DNA from: Pirellula staleyi DSM 6068
GTDB lineage: Bacteria; Planctomycetota; Planctomycetia; Pirellulales; Pirellulaceae
Assembly (NCBI GenBank): GCA_000025185.1
Contig: CP001848.1
Location: 6,150,001 to 6,182,000, forward strand
Direction: 5' to 3'
DNA length: 32,000 nucleotides
Shown here: in pieces, positions 26,097-32,000 of the stretch
Numbering within the stretch: the stretch's first letter is position 1
How the letters are laid out: every line of letters begins with the position of its first letter
Program-made: the position numbers and the translations under genes
Notes under the pieces: generated by a model
Seen by the model: the letters and a program-made list of their open reading frames with translations, nothing else
What the model was told of the DNA's origin: nothing
Databases searched by the model: none

Positions 26097-26996
26097 ATGT
26101 GCATGTTCTCTCTGCCCGTCTCACAAGTCGCCAATACACGCATTTTCGCGCGGCTGACTGGCCAAGGGACACAGCTGCTCGCCTATCAAATGGAGTACAT
26201 GTCGCGGACAGAGAACGCGATGATTCTGCCTCTGCCGGTGCGGCAACCTGCTGAAGAGGGCTCCCTTCGATTCATCGACTTCGAGAAGTATGACAATTTC
26301 TTCGACGACTTGATCACTGGGTTCCCTTACATCCAACGCATCGGGATCGGCTGTTCAGATGCCGCCCCCCTTACGTCAGAGAGTCTGGATGTGGTGAAAG
26401 TCGGAAACTACATCGCGTCGTTCGTCCCTACGCTCGCCGATTTTTCACGTCTCGACGAGCGTTTTCGACTGAGCCCGGAGACCTGGGATAAATTGCCGCA
26501 GTACCAGGATTTTAGCTTCGCCGTGTTTAAGCTAGCCGATGGCACGCTGCGACCACATCCCATGGCGATGGAATTCCAGACAGCGAGCGATGCGATCTTT
26601 TTCCCTACGGTGCACGTGCATGACGGAGAGACGCATCCGACCGAACGGTTCGACCATATGCTCTATTTGCAGCACGCCGGACTGGATAGCGTTGTCGATG
26701 CTTACCGGGGCGATGCTCATGTCGATCCAACCACAGGACTGGTGCGATCCCAAGAGAACGCATCGCAATTTTGCCGTATCGATCAAACCGCAGGTCTGGT
26801 GGATGGAAACTTGCTGGTTCACCGCCGCGACCTACGCGGCAAGCATCCCAATCAAGACACCATCATCGCCGTCGTGGGGCATCCCACGCAAAAAACGTTT
26901 AACTTCAAAAGCCTGTGGTCGTATGTTCCGTGGGTGATTTTTCTATCTGCTATGGGATGGCTGTTTGCACGAAGATCAAAGCTTAAAGCAGCGTGA
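26097..26996 (+). CDS. Hypothetical tail-anchored protein with a Met-Cys N-terminus
   Basis: ATG 26097 opens MCMFSLPVSQVANTRIFARL ... NAMILPLPV ... LRFIDFEKYDNFFDDL. The single C-terminal TM helix is LWSYVPWVIFLSAMGWLFA, followed by RRSKLKAA. I recognise no domain. Confidence 0.55.
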   Translation: MCMFSLPVSQVANTRIFARLTGQGTQLLAYQMEYMSRTENAMILPLPVRQPAEEGSLRFIDFEKYDNFFDDLITGFPYIQRIGIGCSDAAPLTSESLDVVKVGNYIASFVPTLADFSRLDERFRLSPETWDKLPQYQDFSFAVFKLADGTLRPHPMAMEFQTASDAIFFPTVHVHDGETHPTERFDHMLYLQHAGLDSVVDAYRGDAHVDPTTGLVRSQENASQFCRIDQTAGLVDGNLLVHRRDLRGKHPNQDTIIAVVGHPTQKTFNFKSLWSYVPWVIFLSAMGWLFARRSKLKAA

Positions 26997-27110
26997 CCAG
27001 GAAGATCGTTTGTCACCCAAGCCCAACGACTAAACGATGAATAGGTTGTGTACGGCTCTCACTTCTAGTGCAGCTGTAGCGGTTCCCAATCTTTGCGCGT
27101 CAAGCGAGAT

Positions 27111-28148
27111 CTACTTCGTGGGCCTGAGCAAATAATGGGTGACGCCCCACTCGTTGCCACCGCGATAGCCAAAGAGTTCAGCGCACGAGAGATAGAAGAT
27201 GCGCCAGCGCTGCAGCACCACTTCGGCCGGATCGCCCGAAGGATGTCCCGCCAAGAGTGGCAAAAGCTGATGGTAGTGAGCGTCGAGATTTTTGAGCCAC
27301 GCCTCGCTGGTGAGTTGATAGTGGCGGCCACTCACTTCCCACTGTTTTTCGATCGTCAGATCGTCGGCAAAGTGGCTCAGCAAATCGCGCGACGGCATCT
27401 GTCCGCCGGTAAAGAAATGCTGCCCCATCCAGTTCGATTCACCCTCGGTTTCGAAGGTGTAGGCGAGCCTAGCGTGGGTGAAAATATGGACGAAAAGTTT
27501 TGCGTCGTCGTGCATCCAGCTGCGAATGCGCTCGAGCACGATCGCATAGTTCCGCATATGCTCGAGCATCTCGACCGAGACGACCCGGTCGAACTTCTCG
27601 GCGATCGAGAAGTCGCGCATGTCGGCGGTGATGATGCGGAGATTTGTTAGCCCACGCTCGCGAGCTTGCGCTTCGATGTACTCGCGCTGTGGACGCGAAT
27701 TCGAAACGGCAGTGATTTGCGACGTGGGAAAGTGCTCCGCCATCCAGAGCGAGAGCGAACCCCAACCACAGCCGAGTTCGAGAATCTTCATCCCATCGAC
27801 AATTTCAGCCCGCTCGCAGGTGAGACGGAGCATTGCTGCTTCGGCCTCGTCGAGCGAGGTGCTGGGGGTCTCGAACAAGCAACAGCTGTACTTGAGATGT
27901 TTGCCCAAACATCCGCGAAAGAACGGAGGCGGAACTTCGTAGTGCTGCTCGTTGGCTTTCTCGGTGGCGACGGCAATCTCTTGCTGGCGCAGCCAATCGG
28001 CGTACTCTGCTACGGTGATGTTCGGCTCACCATGTCGGCGACGGTTTTCGAGTTTCAGCCGATCGGCGACGAGGCGTCGAATACCAACGCGGATCAAAAA
28101 GTCGGGAAGATAGCCTCGTTCGGCCAGCCCAATCGGTGTCGTGAGCAT
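27111..28148 (-). CDS. cfa: Cyclopropane-fatty-acyl-phospholipid synthase family SAM-dependent methyltransferase
   Basis: The start at 28148 gives MLTTPIGLAE. CMAS-family motifs are present: ANEQHYEVPPPFF ... KYSCCLF, ILELGCGWGSL, FDRVVSVEMLEHM and WRIFYLSCAELF. The 620 aa ORF in the track extends upstream in an alternate frame of the DUF1295 gene, and I reject that extension. Confidence 0.88.
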   Translation of the reverse strand: MLTTPIGLAERGYLPDFLIRVGIRRLVADRLKLENRRRHGEPNITVAEYADWLRQQEIAVATEKANEQHYEVPPPFFRGCLGKHLKYSCCLFETPSTSLDEAEAAMLRLTCERAEIVDGMKILELGCGWGSLSLWMAEHFPTSQITAVSNSRPQREYIEAQARERGLTNLRIITADMRDFSIAEKFDRVVSVEMLEHMRNYAIVLERIRSWMHDDAKLFVHIFTHARLAYTFETEGESNWMGQHFFTGGQMPSRDLLSHFADDLTIEKQWEVSGRHYQLTSEAWLKNLDAHYHQLLPLLAGHPSGDPAEVVLQRWRIFYLSCAELFGYRGGNEWGVTHYLLRPTK

Positions 28149-28948
28149 CAGTTGATCTCGCGCTGCGGAAACCAAGGGACAAACGAGCTCGTCGTGCGCT
28201 GGTAGGCCTTGTAGGCCTCGCCGCGGCTGGCAATCGCTTGTGCTTCGGTTGGTGGAATGCCAGTGACGTAAAGCAGGAAGTAGAGCAACAGCAGTGGCGT
28301 GATGGCGGCGAGCAGCCACCAAGGATTGCCGAGCGCGAGGAACAAATAACTCCACCAATGAAGCCACTCGAAGAAGTAGTTCGGATGCCGCGAGTAGCGC
28401 CACAGTCCGACCTGGCAAACAGCCCGGCGATCGGTGGTGGTTCGCTTGAAGCGAGCGAGCTGCGCATCGGAAAGGGCCACGCCGCCGACACCAAGCAGCC
28501 AAACGATGACGCCGATGATGTCGGTGAAGGACCCCAGCGGCCACTCGCTTTGTGCTGCTAGAAGGACTGGCCAAGCAAACAGAACAACGGTGGCAGCTTG
28601 GAGCTGAAAAAACCAAAAGAGACGGCGATTGACGTCGGCACCCCAGTCGCGTCGCAGCGTGGCGTAGCGTCCCTCTTCCGCATGCCCCACGACGCGGAGG
28701 AAGAGGTACGTGGTTAAGCGCAGCGACCAAAGCCCAATCAGCGCGGCGAGCAATAACTTCCGATTGCCGTCCCCCGTCGAAGTGAGGGCAAAGAAGGCTC
28801 CGACTACCCCAATGCCAGCACCCCAAGCGACATCGACAATCCCGGCGTTTTTCGTGCGCAGCTGAATGAGCCACATCGTGGTCATGAGCGCCACCGCTGC
28901 TGCCGATCCGATTGCGATTTGCACTGGCCAGGAGAGTTCCACGCCCAT
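28148..28948 (-). CDS. DUF1295 family membrane protein (steroid 5-alpha-reductase / ICMT-like fold)
   Basis: The protein is multi-pass and has the characteristic C-terminal block VCQVGLWRYSRHPNYFFEWLHWWSY. Its TGA (28150-28148) overlaps the ATG of the methyltransferase gene by 1 nt. Confidence 0.85.
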   Translation of the reverse strand: MGVELSWPVQIAIGSAAAVALMTTMWLIQLRTKNAGIVDVAWGAGIGVVGAFFALTSTGDGNRKLLLAALIGLWSLRLTTYLFLRVVGHAEEGRYATLRRDWGADVNRRLFWFFQLQAATVVLFAWPVLLAAQSEWPLGSFTDIIGVIVWLLGVGGVALSDAQLARFKRTTTDRRAVCQVGLWRYSRHPNYFFEWLHWWSYLFLALGNPWWLLAAITPLLLLYFLLYVTGIPPTEAQAIASRGEAYKAYQRTTSSFVPWFPQREIN

Positions 28949-29201
28949 TACCTATTTCATGTTCACACCCCATGGGGGCGAGAATATCAGGTCGATCTCG
29001 GGCGGAGTTAGCCGTGCCCTATCGCTAGGCTCATCAGGCTCGCCAATGTCGAGCGATGTCCCAGCGATGCTGCTTGCACTGCGAGCATTCCTCCGCAGCT
29101 ACGTTCTAGGGGGATGAACGAAAAAGGCAAGCCTTGCTCCTCGGGCAATTTCCGAACTTTACGATTCGATCAGTGCGAGCCTGACGTTCTTCGAGAATGC
29201 T

Positions 29202-30275
29202 TTAGCTGGCAGCAGCGGCTGCCGAGCGAGGAAATGTCGCGGGAACCTCCATCATCTCGCACGCTTTACGAAAGACCATGTCGATGGTGATCCCCCGCAT
29301 GCACATCCCGTGGCTGAGGGGGCATTTCGGCTGTCCGCAGGGAGAACATGGCATTGCCAGCTGAATGACGCGGCTGTCGTCGTGATAGTTAAAACTCGTC
29401 CGGGCATCGATAGGCCCTAGAAGCCCCAGCGTGGGTGTTCCCATCGCTGCCCCAAGGTGACGCGGTCCGCTGTCGGTGCTAATCAGCAGCCGCGAGCGGC
29501 GGATCACACTCTTGCTCAGCCCAAACGGCAGATTGGGCTCGTCGGCCAGACTTCGTACCAAGGGATGACTCGCCTCTTCTTCGATTCTCTTCGCCTCGGC
29601 ACGTTCCGACGGTCCGCAATGGATCAGAACCCCCATCCTCAGTTCACGAGCAATGCGGCGGGCCAGTCCGACCGTATGTTCGGCCGGCCATTCTTTGCTC
29701 GGGCCAAACGCTCCAAAGGTATTCAAGACCACTGTTTGTTTCGGCGGTGGAAGTTCCAGGCGTCGCCAAACATCGTCGGCCAACTGCTCGTCGTCGGCAG
29801 TCGTCGCCAGTTCGAGCTGTTTATTGTTGCTGTAGCAGTTCAAAGCGCCGGCGAGTTGCAGGTACTGATCGACGCACGAAGTGATCTGTTTTTTCCCGTG
29901 GAGTCGAGGCATTTCGAGCGATTGGTCGAGCAGCCAGGTGTGCGGAAAACGGGCATAAGCAATGACACGCTTCACGTTGCAAAACCGGGCCACAATGGCG
30001 GCTCGAAACGTGGGACGCAGCAAGAGCATGGCGTCGAGTTGCAGCGGGCGGAGCGTTTTGGCCAGGGCGAGCGAATTGCTGAGAAAGTTCTTTTTGTGTT
30101 CGTAGGGAATCATCCGCGAGAGCCAACGGGTCCCCTCGAGCACCCCTCGGAGATGAGGCTTCAGAATGCCGATCAGTTCGGCCTCGGGACCAAGGCCATG
30201 GCGCAAGGCACGCAGCATCGGAGTGGCCATCGCCACATCTCCGACCCAGTTGGGAAGCATGATTGCAACACGCAT
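29202..30275 (-). CDS. Glycosyltransferase family 9 (heptosyltransferase-like)
   Basis: The start at 30275 gives MRVAIMLPNWVGDVAMATPMLRALR. The C-terminal GT9 block is LLISTDSGPRHLGAAMGTPTLGLLGP. Confidence 0.85.
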   Translation of the reverse strand: MRVAIMLPNWVGDVAMATPMLRALRHGLGPEAELIGILKPHLRGVLEGTRWLSRMIPYEHKKNFLSNSLALAKTLRPLQLDAMLLLRPTFRAAIVARFCNVKRVIAYARFPHTWLLDQSLEMPRLHGKKQITSCVDQYLQLAGALNCYSNNKQLELATTADDEQLADDVWRRLELPPPKQTVVLNTFGAFGPSKEWPAEHTVGLARRIARELRMGVLIHCGPSERAEAKRIEEEASHPLVRSLADEPNLPFGLSKSVIRRSRLLISTDSGPRHLGAAMGTPTLGLLGPIDARTSFNYHDDSRVIQLAMPCSPCGQPKCPLSHGMCMRGITIDMVFRKACEMMEVPATFPRSAAAAAS

Positions 30276-30432
30276 TGGCCGACGTCCTTCCATGGAATCC
30301 CGCCCCTTTCCAAGAACGTGGGAATAATAAGTCAGGGGGGACGAGTGGACCAACGTCAATTCGTGGGAGTTTTCCCGTGCCAGCGACGTAAAGCAAAGCA
30401 ATGCCAGCACTTCTAGTCACCACTTCTTTTAA

Positions 30433-30461
30433 TTGACAAAACCACCCTAAAATACTACTAT
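30433..30461 (+). promoter_or_regulatory. Sigma-70-like promoter of the OB/HD gene
   Basis: TTGACA (30433-30438), a 17 nt spacer, then TACTAT (30456-30461). AGGAGG follows at 30481-30486, 6 nt before ATG 30493. Confidence 0.5.
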
Positions 30462-30492
30462 TGCCGCCACCAAATCGTCGAGGAGGTGGCTG

Positions 30493-31497
30493 ATGTCGGT
30501 AAAAACCAAAACGATCGTGCTCCTTTCCGATCTCGAGGATGGCCAGGAAGGGGATTTCTTCGCCGCCCTTTCGGCCCGCACGAGTTCGCAAACACGCGAG
30601 GGGAAGAAATACTGGCGCGTGACGTTTCGCGACGCGCAGCGCGAGGTTTCGTTCCCGATTTGGAACGACAGCCCTTGGTCGAAGGCTTGCGAGTCGGAGT
30701 GGCAAATCGGCGAGTGCTATAAGATGCGGGCGACCTATCGCCGCACGCAGTTTGGGCCGCAGCTCGAGATTCGCAAGATCCGCGCGACGGTGGAAGCCGA
30801 CACCGCCGATGGTTTCGATCCCCTGCTCTGCTTGGCGAAATCGCGATTCAATCCCGCGCAGCTGATGGCGCAGCTCCGCAGCATCGCGACCGAGGAGCTG
30901 ATGCACCCCGAGCTTAAAGAGGTGGTGCTGCATCTGCTCGAGACCCACGAACCAGCGCTCCTGAAACTTCCTGCAGCGCGGCGGAACCATCATGCGTTTG
31001 TGGGAGGGTGGCTCGAGCATGTGGTGAGTGCCACGCGCAACGCCATCTTCATGGCCGACAAATACCTCGCCGACTATCCCGAGCTCCGGCCCCCCTTGTC
31101 GCGCGATTTGGTGATTGCGGGAACAATCCTCCACGATATCGGCAAGGTGCACGAGCTTCAGCTATCGCTCGATGGTGCCGACTACACCGCTGCCGGGGAA
31201 CTGATCGGTCACATATTGCTCGGCCGAGACATGCTGCGCGACGCAGCGCGCGAGTTCGATCTCGAAGGGGAAATGCTGCTCCGTCTCGAGCACATCATTG
31301 TCTCGCATCAACGCCTCGCCGAGTGGGGTTCACCCAAGCCGCCGATGACCCCCGAGGCGATGTTGGTCCACTACTGCGACGATATCGACGCCAAGTTCCA
31401 CACCTTTTTGACCGCCCTCGAAGAGTCGGCGGAAGGAGAATTCACGAGCACCAGAAACCCGATGCAGTACCGAATATTCCGTGGAAGCGGGTTGTAG
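30493..31497 (+). CDS. YhaM-like protein: N-terminal OB fold plus HD-domain phosphohydrolase (putative 3'-5' exoribonuclease)
   Basis: The OB-like N-terminus is GDFFAALSARTSSQTREGKKYWRVTFRD. The HD region reads HHAFVGGWLEHVVSATRNA ... AGTILHDIGKV ... GHILLG ... IIVSHQ. Confidence 0.8.
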   Translation: MSVKTKTIVLLSDLEDGQEGDFFAALSARTSSQTREGKKYWRVTFRDAQREVSFPIWNDSPWSKACESEWQIGECYKMRATYRRTQFGPQLEIRKIRATVEADTADGFDPLLCLAKSRFNPAQLMAQLRSIATEELMHPELKEVVLHLLETHEPALLKLPAARRNHHAFVGGWLEHVVSATRNAIFMADKYLADYPELRPPLSRDLVIAGTILHDIGKVHELQLSLDGADYTAAGELIGHILLGRDMLRDAAREFDLEGEMLLRLEHIIVSHQRLAEWGSPKPPMTPEAMLVHYCDDIDAKFHTFLTALEESAEGEFTSTRNPMQYRIFRGSGL

Positions 31498-31704
31498 CGG
31501 AAACTAGTGCGCAAACTCATGAAGGTCGGAGTCGACGCGTTCATTCCGCCCGGCAAATGTCCCTGAGCAACGTAGCTTTTTCATACCCACCTTGGCAGCA
31601 CTGCGCGCCGAGACGTGGTCCTCGAATAAAGCCCCCCCTCGGGGAACTTCCTATTAGGAAGCCACCTGAGGCCGAAAGGTACGGATCGCTCGCCGGCGAA
31701 TGTC

Positions 31705-32000
31705 ATGTTTTTGTTCCTAATGTTTATCGCGATGCTCAACGTCACGCTTGGCTATTGCCTGGCGGTGACAACGTCGCCCCATTGGGAGTGGCCTAGCCTG
31801 CCGCGATTTCGTTTCTCCTGGCCACGCCGACCACAGCATGCCAGTGAGCCGGTGGCGGCCGAAGCACCCGCACAACCTGCCGCTACCTGGGTCGACGATC
31901 AGGTGACGCCGCTGACCGAAGTTCCCCAAGTTGAAGAACTTCCGACCGAGTGGCTCGACCAGTTGCAGGGCGAAGGGATTGTGGCGCAGTCGTTTGTCGA
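31705..32000 (+). CDS. Hypothetical membrane-anchored protein, N-terminal fragment (continues beyond the window)
   Basis: This frame is not in the supplied track because it has no stop inside the window. It opens after TAA at 31627-31629, and the first ATG is 31705. I translated it by hand as MFLFLMFIAMLNVTLGYCLAVTT ... PLTEVPQVEELPTEWLDQLQGEGIVAQSFV. Alternative starts are at 31720 and 31732. Confidence 0.35.
   Translation, partial: MFLFLMFIAMLNVTLGYCLAVTTSPHWEWPSLPRFRFSWPRRPQHASEPVAAEAPAQPAATWVDDQVTPLTEVPQVEELPTEWLDQLQGEGIVAQSFV

Noticed and set aside
28149-28973. The N-terminal 275 aa extension of the 620 aa ORF 27111..28973.
   Set aside because: The extension runs in an alternate frame of the well-supported DUF1295 gene and has a nonsense-like Arg/Cys/His-rich composition. 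The methyltransferase homology begins exactly at the internal ATG at 28148.
29821-31152. A 443 aa minus-strand ORF spanning the GT9 gene's 5' part and the antisense of the OB/HD gene.
   Set aside because: It overlaps two confidently identified genes, has no recognisable motifs, and shows an Arg/Pro/Gly-rich shadow-frame composition.

Overview
The window looks like a chromosomal segment from a Planctomycetota genome of the Pirellulales type. This placement is inferred from sequence features only: a DUF1559 / H-X9-DG protein with a prepilin-type N-terminus, a YTV-type repeat protein, an ECF sigma/anti-sigma pair, long intergenic spacers, and G+C in the high 50s percent. No database search was possible.

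I call about 30 protein genes. Most are ordinary core or regulatory genes:
- serC-serA
- a fabH-type KAS III
- oligoendopeptidase F
- a Gfo/Idh/MocA oxidoreductase
- a rhomboid protease
- an arsR-SRPBCC pair
- a CFA-synthase-family methyltransferase coupled to a DUF1295 protein
- a GT9 glycosyltransferase
- a YhaM-like OB/HD protein
- two response regulators with no kinase nearby

I found no rRNA, tRNA, CRISPR array or transposase. Many long antisense or alternate-frame ORFs in the track are high-GC artefacts.

Three places deserve a second look:
1. A roughly 1.2 kb low-GC islet at 13.2-14.5 kb sits between serA and a sigma-54 regulator. It carries one orphan gene with an Mrr-like PD-(D/E)xK N-terminal domain and an unassigned helical C-terminal domain. 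Related palindromic hairpins and a weak split direct repeat border it.
2. A divergent pair lies at 25.1-27.0 kb. One gene is a CoiA-like nuclease-motif protein with a winged-helix tail. The other is a Met-Cys-start, tail-anchored protein of unknown function.
3. An 890 bp non-coding gap at 2.7-3.6 kb contains a long-range, multi-stem RNA-like structure.

All product calls rest on motif recognition by eye and need HMM or structure searches to confirm. I cannot show that any of these is a genuinely undescribed system.
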